This document shows, one piece after another, positions 49,668-57,780 of a stretch of 64,000 nt of DNA; position 1 is the first letter of the stretch, and each line of letters begins with the position of its first letter. The stretch is from an uncultured delta proteobacterium (lineage in GTDB: Bacteria > Desulfobacterota > Desulfobacteria > Desulfobacterales > UBA2156), in contig CAVTQK010000013.1 of NCBI GenBank assembly GCA_963736855.1, positions 64,001-128,000 on the forward strand. Direction: 5' to 3'. The position numbers and the translations under genes were made by a program. The notes beneath the pieces are model-generated. The model was not told the origin of the DNA and ran no database searches. It saw only the letters and a program-made list of their open reading frames with translations.

Positions 49668-50010
49668 TCAGAAATAAGAATCCATGGGGTAAACCGGGTC
49701 GGAGACGTGATCCTCTGTGGAAGGCGCAACGGGGTCATCATATGTTGCTGTCTCAATCAGGGGCGGGGCATGGGCGATGGGCCCGGGTGGTCGTTTCGGC
49801 CGTCTTTGGATTGATAGACCACGGACCGGGCTTCCGGAACGTAAGTCATCCGTTCCTGGGAGAACGATGCCCGGACCTGCCTGCCGCGGCGCTATGCTTT
49901 ACGGCGCAGGCAGGTGATGTACCGGGCAAGGTTTTCCATGGACGTCTTATCCCCGGGGAGGATTCTTTTGCCGCAATTAGGTATTGAATCCGGTATGCCG
50001 CCATTTATCC
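49668..50010 (-). pseudogene. IS91-family transposase remnant, copy 2
   Basis: ENLARYI..RASFSQERMTY...SKDGRN joined directly to a C-terminal RPPGPIAHAPP...DPVYPMDSYF*. Confidence 0.75.
49876..49914. repeat. 39-bp palindromic insertion CCTGCCTGC...GCAGGCAGG
   Basis: Absent in copy 1 (CCGGA|TGATG); no TSD. Confidence 0.85.
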
Positions 50011-50061
50011 GGAAGCGCGATCATACCAACTTAGATGGTGCAATTTTGTTTAAAATATGTA

Positions 50062-50183
50062 GTGAAACTCCCCGCCTTAAAAGGCGGGGCATCTTAAGCA
50101 GCTATGAAGGGGATTGCATCCCCTATAACCCCGCTCCGCATTCATCCCCGCCATAAATGGCGGGGTATTTTGCGTGTAATTTC
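50062..50183 (-). mobile_element. Non-autonomous IS200/IS605-family miniature element (PATE-like)
   Basis: Minus strand TTTAT|GAAATTAC...TACCCCGCCATTTATGGCGGGGATGAATGCG...GCCCCGCCTTTTAAGGCGGGGAGTTTCAC|; two subterminal hairpins, no TSD, absent from repeat copy 1. Confidence 0.85.
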
Positions 50184-50193
50184 ATAAATTTAT

Positions 50194-50466
50194 ATGATAT
50201 TTGAATGGGATCCAATCAAAAATGATTCTGACAAGAAAAAACACGGGATCGATTTTGAATCGGCCAAATTTTTATGGAACGATCCGGATCGAATTGAAAT
50301 CTTGGCGCCTTATCCTGTCGAGGATCGGTATATCCTAATTGGCAAAATCGAATCTGATCTGTGGACTGCAATTTACACAGTTAGAAAAAGAGCTGTCAGG
50401 ATTATTTCAGTCCGGCGATCTCGGAAAAAAGAAAGTGAATTATATGAGAAAGAAAAACTTGGCTAA
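50194..50466 (+). CDS. brnT: BrnT-family toxin
   Basis: MIFEWDPIKN..KKHGIDFE...EDRYILIG...RIISVRRSRKKE. Confidence 0.92.
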   Translation: MIFEWDPIKNDSDKKKHGIDFESAKFLWNDPDRIEILAPYPVEDRYILIGKIESDLWTAIYTVRKRAVRIISVRRSRKKESELYEKEKLG

Positions 50467-50707
50467 GACTACCGAAGAATTTGACCGGCGCTTTGACCAT
50501 GGGGAAGATATCCATCAAGTGATAGACCTTTCCAAGGCCATTATTAGCAAACCCGGCAAGAAGGTCCGTATTACTTTGGACGTCAGCCAGTCCTTGGTTA
50601 ATGAAATTGATTCTATCCGGAAATCTATCGGCGTGGACCGCGGCGCTTTGATCAAGGTTTGGTTGTATGATCGCGTCAGGCAGGAAAAGGCATCCAAAAG
50701 ACATTGA
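50444..50707 (+). CDS. BrnA/CopG-like antitoxin
   Basis: EEFDRRFDHGEDI...RITLDV....EID......GVDRGALIKVW; overlaps the toxin gene. Confidence 0.85.
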   Translation: MRKKNLAKTTEEFDRRFDHGEDIHQVIDLSKAIISKPGKKVRITLDVSQSLVNEIDSIRKSIGVDRGALIKVWLYDRVRQEKASKRH

Positions 50708-50768
50708 TAACGCACCCCTGGCCAAGAACGAACCCGAACGCCATAAATGGCTAACTCCCCAAAATCAT

Positions 50769-50856
50769 TGGTGCCGGAGGCCGGAATTGAACCGGCATGG
50801 CCGCAAGGGCCACTGGATTTTGAGTCCAGCGCGTCTACCAGTTTCACCACTCCGGC
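50769..50856 (-). tRNA. tRNA-Leu(CAA)
   Basis: GCCGGAGTGGTGAAACTGGTAGACGCGCTGGACTCAAAATCCAGTGGCCCTTGCGGCCATGCCGGTTCAATTCCGGCCTCCGGCACCA; long variable arm, encoded CCA. Confidence 0.97.
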
Positions 50857-50890
50857 ACTAAATTGTTTATAAAAAGAGAATCGGCGATTG

Positions 50891-51577
50891 TCAAGGCGAT
50901 TGCGGCGCATTAACCGGCGTTGAACCAAGCGCCTCGTAGATTTCCGAGGCTGAGATTTCACCTTCCCGGATGATTTTAGGGGAATCGAAAGTGATATCGA
51001 TAATCGTGGAGCCCACACCCCCCTTGAGGGTTCCGGCGTCTAAGATCATGTCCACATGCGCCTTGACGGCAGGATCCAGGTCTGAAATGCGAAAGGCGCC
51101 AGGCCGCCCGGAAAGATTGGCGGAAGTTCCGGTGACGGGACGCCCCAGACCGGTGACGAGGGATGCGGCAACCCGGTTTCCGGTAAGGCGGATCCCGATT
51201 TTTCCTTTCTGAGCGGTCAGGCTTTTCGGAAGGCCTTTTTTAGCATGAAAGACCAGCGTCAGCCTCCCGGGCCAAAACCGATTCATCAAAAGCTTTGCCG
51301 CCGCCGGAACCTCTCTTGCCAGAGAGTTCAGCTGGGAGATGTCGCAAATCAGTATCAGGATCGGCTTGTCAGTCGGTCTTCCCTTGATTTCAAACAGGGT
51401 GTTTACGGCCCGTGCGTTGAATGCATCAACTCCCAGGCCGTAAAGGGTTAAAGTGGGAAAAACGATTACGCCGCCTTTCGAAAGAACGCCTGAAGCCTCG
51501 GCAATCCCTTCAGGTTGCGGATGCTCGGGGTCGATGTGAAGGATTTTCGGATCTTTACTGCGAAGCGGTTGCTTCAA
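50891..51577 (-). CDS. tsaC: L-threonylcarbamoyladenylate synthase (Sua5/YrdC); start uncertain
   Basis: VFPTLTLYGLG, KGRPTDKP, FWPGRLTL, TGTSANLSG, GSTII. Confidence 0.92.
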   Translation of the reverse strand: MKQPLRSKDPKILHIDPEHPQPEGIAEASGVLSKGGVIVFPTLTLYGLGVDAFNARAVNTLFEIKGRPTDKPILILICDISQLNSLAREVPAAAKLLMNRFWPGRLTLVFHAKKGLPKSLTAQKGKIGIRLTGNRVAASLVTGLGRPVTGTSANLSGRPGAFRISDLDPAVKAHVDMILDAGTLKGGVGSTIIDITFDSPKIIREGEISASEIYEALGSTPVNAPQSP

Positions 51578-52094
51578 GCTTTTGGGCCTTTTCTTCCACC
51601 TGGGCGGCCATATCGGCTTTGAAGTCGTCCATCTTCTTATCCAGACGCCGGTCGGACAGCGCCAGGATCTGGACCGCCAAAATACCGGCATTGCGGGCGC
51701 CCGGTTTGCCGATAGCCATGGTGGCTACGGGGATTCCCGGCGGCATCTGAACTGTGGACAGGAGAGAATCGAAGCCCTGCAGGGCCGATGAATCGATGGG
51801 AACCCCAATCACCGGAAGCGTGGTGTGGGCTGCCAGGACCCCTGCCAGGTGGGCGGCATGTCCGGCGCCGGCGATCAAAATGCGGATGCCGCGATCCTTG
51901 GCTTCCGAGGCAAAAACCGCCGCTCGATGGGGGCTCCGGTGGGCCGAGGCCACTGTCATTTGGTAGGAAATCCCGAAACGTTTTAAAACAGAGGCTGCCT
52001 CGGCCATGACCTCCAGATCCGAATCGCTTCCCATGATGATCCCCACTCGGGGTGCGGCTTTCTTTGTTTTGGTTTTCCCTGGGTCCTTATTCAC
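51555..52094 (-). CDS. purE: N5-carboxyaminoimidazole ribonucleotide mutase
   Basis: IIMGSDSD, SAHRSP, AGAGHAAHLAG, PVIGVP, STVQMPPGIPVAT. Confidence 0.96.
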   Translation of the reverse strand: MNKDPGKTKTKKAAPRVGIIMGSDSDLEVMAEAASVLKRFGISYQMTVASAHRSPHRAAVFASEAKDRGIRILIAGAGHAAHLAGVLAAHTTLPVIGVPIDSSALQGFDSLLSTVQMPPGIPVATMAIGKPGARNAGILAVQILALSDRRLDKKMDDFKADMAAQVEEKAQKLEATASQ

Positions 52095-52866
52095 GCTGAT
52101 TTTCCTCCCTGGTTGATAATAAAGACGCCCGGGCCGCTTCCTCCAGAAACGTCTGTTTTTTACAATCCAGTTCCTTTCTATCGACCAAAGCTCCGGCGAT
52201 CCCCCCGTTCAAGGCGATTTCCGAAAGATACCATGTAGTTTCGTCGATGACTTGAAGATCCAGGTGGGCAAAGGGAAACCCCCCACGGGCCATCACGGCG
52301 CGGCAAAACGCTTTCATAGCATCTGATAGGGAAAACGGTCGGCTGGTTCCACCTGCAGAAAGATTCTGTCGGAAATTGTTCGGATTGACCCGGGTGTAAG
52401 CTTCCATGAAATCCCCTACGATGATAACGCGGACATCCGTGAAGCATTCCAGATAAGGCTGCAGCACGAACGGGTAGAAAGAAGGGAGCATCGAGACCAC
52501 GTTGTAAAGGATTTCCACCGAATCCCATCGCTTAATGCCTTGCCCGCAATGCATCCGGTCCTGTTTGGTGACCACCGACCCGATTCCGTCCCTTGAATAT
52601 CGGTTGGCCGCTTCGATGAGATCCGCCCTTCGGTAAATGACACATGTGCCGGGAATCATCCAGCCTACAAGTATTTCGGTCTGTGCGGTTTTGGAGGTAT
52701 TGAGGATCCGGGCCAACGGAGAGGGGATGCAACGAATACCCCGTTCCATCATGTCGATGAGCAAAACCGTCTTGAGGGGTGTCGGGGGGAGGTTTCCGAT
52801 GTAGACATCCCCTGTGGAAAGCGCTTCGTAACGGGAAGTCAGATCGTTGTGGTTTCGAACGATCAT
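52087..52866 (-). CDS. ATP-grasp (RimK-like) protein of unknown function
   Basis: VVTK...CGQGI, FVLQPYL...DVRVIIVG......R....FRQNLSAGG, AHLDL, YLSEI.LN. Confidence 0.75.
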   Translation of the reverse strand: MIVRNHNDLTSRYEALSTGDVYIGNLPPTPLKTVLLIDMMERGIRCIPSPLARILNTSKTAQTEILVGWMIPGTCVIYRRADLIEAANRYSRDGIGSVVTKQDRMHCGQGIKRWDSVEILYNVVSMLPSFYPFVLQPYLECFTDVRVIIVGDFMEAYTRVNPNNFRQNLSAGGTSRPFSLSDAMKAFCRAVMARGGFPFAHLDLQVIDETTWYLSEIALNGGIAGALVDRKELDCKKQTFLEEAARASLLSTREENQRE

Positions 52867-53852
52867 GCGTGACTATCCCCGGAGGAACCGCCGGCAAGCG
52901 ACTTGAAGGCCGCCCGCCGCTTTTTGTCCTTCATGGCCAGATCGATCAGCCGGTCGAGGAGCGCACCGAAAGTAATCCCGGCCTTGGCGGCCGCCTGCGG
53001 TAAAAGGCTTGTGGCGGTCATGCCCGGGATGGTGTTGGTTTCCAGCACGTAGATGTCCGTACCTTTCAGGATCATGTCGGTGCGGCTGTATCCCCGGCAG
53101 AAAAGCGCCTGGTGGGCTTTCACGGCGCAAGACTTGGCCTTTTCGGTTAGGTCCCCTGATATCCGGGCTGGGCAGATTTCCTGGGAGGCTCCGGCAGTGT
53201 ACTTGGCCGTGTAGTCAAAGAACTCAAAGTTTGGATTCGGAATGATCTCGATGAGCGGCAGGGCCTCCAGGGTCTCATTTCCCAAAACGCCGCCGGTGAG
53301 CTCGGTCCCCTCGATGAATTGTTCCAGAAGAATGGTGGCGTCATGAACAAAGGCGGCATCGAGGGCGGTTTTCAGGCGGTCAGGGTCCCGGACGATGGTG
53401 ACACCGACGCTGGAGCCTGCGTTGGCAGGTTTGACTACCAGGGGAAGCCCCAATGCATCGATCCATTTCGTGGGATCCCAGGGATTTTGGGATGCTACCG
53501 CCACATAAGGGGGGACCGTGAGCCCCGCCTTTTCGTACAATCGCTTGGCGGCCAATTTATTCATGGCGATGGCGCTTCCCAACACGCCGGAGCCCTGGTA
53601 CGGGATATTCAGAAGATCCAGAAGCCCCTGGATGGTTCCGTCTTCACCGAAGGGGCCGTGGAGGATGATGAGCGCCGCATTAATTCTGGAGGCGTCGGCC
53701 ACCAACTTGGACAGGTCGGTTTTCGGATCGTACCTGAGGATATTGTATTTTTCCTTGTCCAGGGCCTCATATACCTGGCGACCGCTCTTGAGAGAGACCT
53801 CCCTTTCAGAGGAAATTCCGCCGGAAAGAAGGGCGACAGTCAGCTTTTTCAT
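52863..53852 (-). CDS. ddl: D-alanine--D-alanine ligase
   Basis: GGISSEREVSLKSG, LHGPFGEDGTIQG, KPANAGSSVG, FDYTAKY, LETNTIPGMT..SLLP. Confidence 0.96.
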   Translation of the reverse strand: MKKLTVALLSGGISSEREVSLKSGRQVYEALDKEKYNILRYDPKTDLSKLVADASRINAALIILHGPFGEDGTIQGLLDLLNIPYQGSGVLGSAIAMNKLAAKRLYEKAGLTVPPYVAVASQNPWDPTKWIDALGLPLVVKPANAGSSVGVTIVRDPDRLKTALDAAFVHDATILLEQFIEGTELTGGVLGNETLEALPLIEIIPNPNFEFFDYTAKYTAGASQEICPARISGDLTEKAKSCAVKAHQALFCRGYSRTDMILKGTDIYVLETNTIPGMTATSLLPQAAAKAGITFGALLDRLIDLAMKDKKRRAAFKSLAGGSSGDSHA

Positions 53853-53872
53853 GATTTCATCTCCCAAGATAT

Positions 53873-54025
53873 GATGGCTTCGTAATAAGTCCATCTGCTG
53901 CGTTGCACTGCATCCTTCGTCATTGCGGCGTACCCATATGTACGCCTCATTCCTCAGGATTTGCACGCCTTGCATCTGAAGCTTTTTACTTTGCCATCCT
54001 AATTTTGAGTTTTTACGATTTCATC
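53873..54025. mobile_element. MITE type A, second copy
   Basis: GATGGCTTCGTAATAAG...TTTTTACGATTTCATC; same 153-bp length as 8280-8432; overlaps the stop codon of the SHOCT gene. Confidence 0.85.
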
Positions 54026-54521
54026 AAATGTTACGGGTGAAAAAAGTTTTTTTCGTTTGTTCGAATTCATCTCGGGTGATCAGTCCGTTTTCCAAAAGGC
54101 GAACCAGTTCCGAAAGTTCTTCCATGTGTTTAGAACGGGGGTCTTCGAGAAGCGGGGGCTTTTTCTCCGGAAAGGCCTCGATCTGTCTTCGGTCACGCGA
54201 ACCGCCGACTTTAAGGGAAATCAGCCCGTCCAAGACGGAAACTTCAACAGATTTTCCACTCAAAAGGGACGGCCGCATCATTTCATATAGGGTTTTCCCT
54301 TCCCGTTTCATGCGCCGGTAGATCCGATACCCAAGGGCGAGGACGACGGCTGCACCGAAAAGGAAAATCCATCCCATGTAATTGATGATGCCACTGAAAA
54401 AAAGGACGAGAAAGCCGATCCCGGCAATCAAAAAAATATGAAGAAGCAGGATGACATGGGCTGCCATGATGGTTTTAAACAAACCATCTCCTTCCTTCTC
54501 TTTGTTGCGCTTGAAAAACAT
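54024..54521 (-). CDS. Membrane protein with a C-terminal SHOCT domain
   Basis: 2 TM; ELSELVRLLENGLITRDEFEQTKK. Confidence 0.8.
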   Translation of the reverse strand: MFFKRNKEKEGDGLFKTIMAAHVILLLHIFLIAGIGFLVLFFSGIINYMGWIFLFGAAVVLALGYRIYRRMKREGKTLYEMMRPSLLSGKSVEVSVLDGLISLKVGGSRDRRQIEAFPEKKPPLLEDPRSKHMEELSELVRLLENGLITRDEFEQTKKTFFTRNI

Positions 54522-54524
54522 GAT

Positions 54525-54926
54525 TCAAGATCGCTTATAGTCTATTTTTTTCAGTTTCTTTTCCATGCGATCCACCAGTTTACACGCGTAATGTTGGGGA
54601 ACGTCGAGTTCAATGGTGGATCTTCGCATGGCGTTCAATCGCAGGATTAGAAAATTCAATTTTTTGGTCAGACGGTATTTTTCCTGGGCGTCTTTCATGT
54701 CCGCCAGAAGATCTTCGGTGCGATGAATTTCATTTTTCAACTCAATTTCAGGGGGCAGGCAATCCGCGTTTTTCAAAATCTTATGGGCCAGACGGAGATC
54801 CTCCGGGATGTGGCCATCATCTTCCAGACGCAGGGGTTTTCCAGAGCCGGGAAGGTTTTCAAACTCACCCTCCATCATGGCCCTTTGAATCCGTTCCTCG
54901 ATGATCCGTGTAAAACCGGGAAACAT
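54525..54926 (-). CDS. DUF1992 family protein
   Basis: IEERIQRAMMEGEFENLPGSGKPL...LRLAHKILKNADCLPPEIEL. Confidence 0.88.
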   Translation of the reverse strand: MFPGFTRIIEERIQRAMMEGEFENLPGSGKPLRLEDDGHIPEDLRLAHKILKNADCLPPEIELKNEIHRTEDLLADMKDAQEKYRLTKKLNFLILRLNAMRRSTIELDVPQHYACKLVDRMEKKLKKIDYKRS

Positions 54927-55094
54927 ATAAGTTTTCTATAAGCTCTGATGATATTCTTTTCGTATAATATATACGGACTGGTTTTCCTTTTCAAGCCATA
55001 AAAGGGCCGATTATCGTTTGACCCAGGCGGCCATCATTTGATAAATTAGAAAAATATTGAGAGTGTAAAGGATGAATCCGGAAAGGAAAAAGGG

Positions 55095-56597
55095 ATGAGG
55101 CGGATCGCGTTTGCGGGGACCGACGGAAGGACGATGTTGTGGGCACTGGTCACCGCCACGGCCACCAGCGAACAGCACCCCGAGCCTTTTGAAGGGGTGG
55201 TGGTCCGTGGAACACCGTCAATGCCCGAATTTTCAAGGCGACTGCAATGGCCGGTGGCCTTTGTCCCGACACAGAGTAATGCCGCAAAAGATTATGCTTC
55301 AGCCGTCATCGAAGCCATAAAGCGTCAGGAGATCGACGCCGTAGTTCCCATGCCGGAGGCGCTTTTATTTGAAGGGATCGTGGATGATCTGGAAGCGGCG
55401 GGTCTTTCCGATCGTATCGTGGGGTTGAGCCGGGCAGGCGCATTCATAGAAGGCGACAAGATCCGCTGCAAATACTTATGCAAGAAGGCCGGAATCCCTG
55501 TGGCACCCCGGTGGCGGGATGTCGATGCAAGACAGTATCCGGATGTCCTGACGACTTGTCTGTCCTTTATCGACGCCTTTGGCGGCGCCGTTCTCAAATA
55601 TCCATACAGTGCCGGCGGAAAAGGGGCTCGAATCATCCTCAACACGTGGGACATCCGGGAAGTCTACGACACCCTGATGCGCGATTATACGAACGATTAT
55701 CGCCGGCTTTTCGGAAAGAAGGCAAACTGGCCTCTGCTTATCGAAGCCCGGATGTCGGGTGTAGAGATTTCTTTTACGATTTTCGTGGACAAAGTGGGAA
55801 ATTATCAGATCCTGCCCACGGCCATGGATTATCCGGAACGGTTCGAGGGGCCCGCCAGCAAGGATAATCCCATTACCGGAGGTGTCGGGGCCATCTCTCC
55901 TCACCCCATGGAAACGACGGAGCTCAAAGAGATGGCCGGCAAGCGGATTGCCGAACCCCTGATCCATGCTATGAAGGAAGAAGGGATTCTGCGCCCCTGT
56001 GTGATCTATCCGGGATGTTTCGTCTCCCTGGACGCTTTCGGCCGTTCCACGGACATCCGGGTGTGCGAGATCAACATACGCCTGGGGGAGCCCGAAGCTC
56101 AGCCTGTTGCCCGGCGGTTGAGAAACCTGGGAGCCCTGATCAAAGGTACTCTTGAGGGGACTCTCGATCAGATTCAGCCCGAGGTCCGGGATGATCAGGT
56201 GGCGCTTAGCATGGCCTTAGTCACCGGTCCGGGCGGGCCGGATGGACAGCGGGGATACCCCTGGTCCTGCACCAAGGGCGAGGCGCTTGAAATCGACTTT
56301 CCCTATTTCAAGCGCAAGGGGATTCAAATCATCCCTTCGGCCATGACCTATTCCCCGGAAGAAGGGGTTTTCAAATCCGACGGGACTCGGGTGGCGTATC
56401 TCAACGCCAATGTAACGGTCAAACCCGGTGAAGACCGGGGGCAGGTGGTGGAACGGTTGCGGAACAAGCTCCTGGCGGCCTTTGACAACGGGAAGATCCG
56501 GGTCATCCCAAGAGAAAATCCCCAGGGAAACCGTCTCGATATGAGGCGGGACCTGGGAACCCATTATGCAAAGGCAGCAGAAATTTTTCAGTTATAA
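55095..56597 (+). CDS. purD: Divergent phosphoribosylamine--glycine ligase (PurD-like ATP-grasp)
   Basis: PMPEALL..GIVD, IEGDK, SAGGKG, IEARMSGVEIS, DY.ERFEG...NPITGGVGAISP, EINIRLGEPEAQ. Confidence 0.75.
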   Translation: MRRIAFAGTDGRTMLWALVTATATSEQHPEPFEGVVVRGTPSMPEFSRRLQWPVAFVPTQSNAAKDYASAVIEAIKRQEIDAVVPMPEALLFEGIVDDLEAAGLSDRIVGLSRAGAFIEGDKIRCKYLCKKAGIPVAPRWRDVDARQYPDVLTTCLSFIDAFGGAVLKYPYSAGGKGARIILNTWDIREVYDTLMRDYTNDYRRLFGKKANWPLLIEARMSGVEISFTIFVDKVGNYQILPTAMDYPERFEGPASKDNPITGGVGAISPHPMETTELKEMAGKRIAEPLIHAMKEEGILRPCVIYPGCFVSLDAFGRSTDIRVCEINIRLGEPEAQPVARRLRNLGALIKGTLEGTLDQIQPEVRDDQVALSMALVTGPGGPDGQRGYPWSCTKGEALEIDFPYFKRKGIQIIPSAMTYSPEEGVFKSDGTRVAYLNANVTVKPGEDRGQVVERLRNKLLAAFDNGKIRVIPRENPQGNRLDMRRDLGTHYAKAAEIFQL

Positions 56598-56632
56598 CAA
56601 TCCCGAAAAACTTCAGAAACGGGTGCCTTAAA

Positions 56633-57267
56633 ATGAAGTTGTTTGGAAAAATTGGAAAAAGCATTATATTTCTTGGCATTGCATGCGGTTTACTGATGCC
56701 CGGATCGCCCCAGGTGAAAGCCAGGGAAGGCGTCGATCCCGAAGCAACCCTCGTGGTTCCGGTGGATGTGCTGCAAAAAATCATCCGGGAGGTGCTTCCC
56801 GTTGAGACTTGAAAAAATGGAAAATTTTACGGGAAGGCTCTGGGTTCATTCCATCGAAAAGTTATTTTTGGGAAATAATATCGTATCCTTTATAGCCCGG
56901 GTGCAGGGAAAAGATCTTGCCTATATGCGAAAAATTGCGGGATACCCGGCGGCTGTGAAATTCGGTGCAGTGGATCTGACGTTTGACTGCTCGGCATCGC
57001 TTTCCTTTCGATCAGAAACGGCGCCTTCTCATTTTCAAGCCCCGGATTCGTCCGGCAGAAAAGGGAAATGAACTTTTAACCCCTTTGCTGATGGCCCTGG
57101 TGAATGAAAACGAATATCCTGTGGAAATCGAGAAGCTCAAACCCTTTGATATCCGATTGGGAAATTCTCCGATGCTGGCTCACACGGACATATCGAGTAT
57201 TACTACCTTGAGTAACCGACTGATGATCGGGATTTCTCCCAGAATTCAAAAAAGTGAAAAGAAGTGA
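56633..57267 (+). CDS. Exported hypothetical protein with two +1 frameshifts (~56799, ~57007)
   Basis: Signal peptide MKLFGKIGKSIIFLGIACGLLMPG...; continues as PLRLEKMENF... and FDQKRRLLIFKP... in successive frames. Confidence 0.6.
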
Positions 57268-57323
57268 TTTTTAATACTTGCAAGGTAACTAAACAGGGTG
57301 TTTTTATCGGTTAAGGGAAAAGA

Positions 57324-57731
57324 ATGAAAAAGCTGATTAAGCGGATCAGTTTGATGTTTGCGGCAGGTGCCATGGGTGGATTGATCAACAGCCTGGTGGT
57401 CTGGTTTTTCGGGGTCAAAGGAATCGCCGCCCACTTCGGGGTAGCCATTGCACCCGCCCTGACCGGTTCGTGGCTTTATCCCAGGGTGGTTTGGGGAGGG
57501 ATCTGGGGGGGTTTGTTCCTGCTGCCCCTGATGGAAAACCGACAGATTCCCAGAGGCCTGGTGTTCAGCCTGGGCCCCACCCTGGTGCAGCTTTTTTTTA
57601 TTTTCCCCGCGATGGCCCACAAGGGATTTCTGGGTGTCGAGCTCGGCGCCCTGACTCCGGTTTTTGTAATCTTTTACAATGCGATCTGGGGAGTCATCAC
57701 GGCTCTCTGGCTCAAATGGACGGATAAATAG
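57324..57731 (+). CDS. Hypothetical 4-TM membrane protein
   Basis: Hydrophobic ORF; WLYPRVVWGGIWGGLFLLP. Confidence 0.75.
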   Translation: MKKLIKRISLMFAAGAMGGLINSLVVWFFGVKGIAAHFGVAIAPALTGSWLYPRVVWGGIWGGLFLLPLMENRQIPRGLVFSLGPTLVQLFFIFPAMAHKGFLGVELGALTPVFVIFYNAIWGVITALWLKWTDK

Positions 57732-57780
57732 CCATGAATAGATTCGATACGTATGGTGTCGACGAACAAACAGGTGAACG

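Larger units (their letters stand above)
49794..50345 (+). repeat. Direct repeat, copy 2 (with two insertions)
   Basis: Matches 41934-42324. Confidence 0.92.

Noticed and set aside
50515..51018. 167-aa minus-strand ORF
   Set aside because: Shadow ORF spanning tRNA-Leu and the antisense strand of the antitoxin gene.
53853..53975. N-terminal extension of Ddl in the ORF track
   Set aside because: It is a reading frame through the MITE; the real start is ATG 53852 with an SD (GGAG) upstream.
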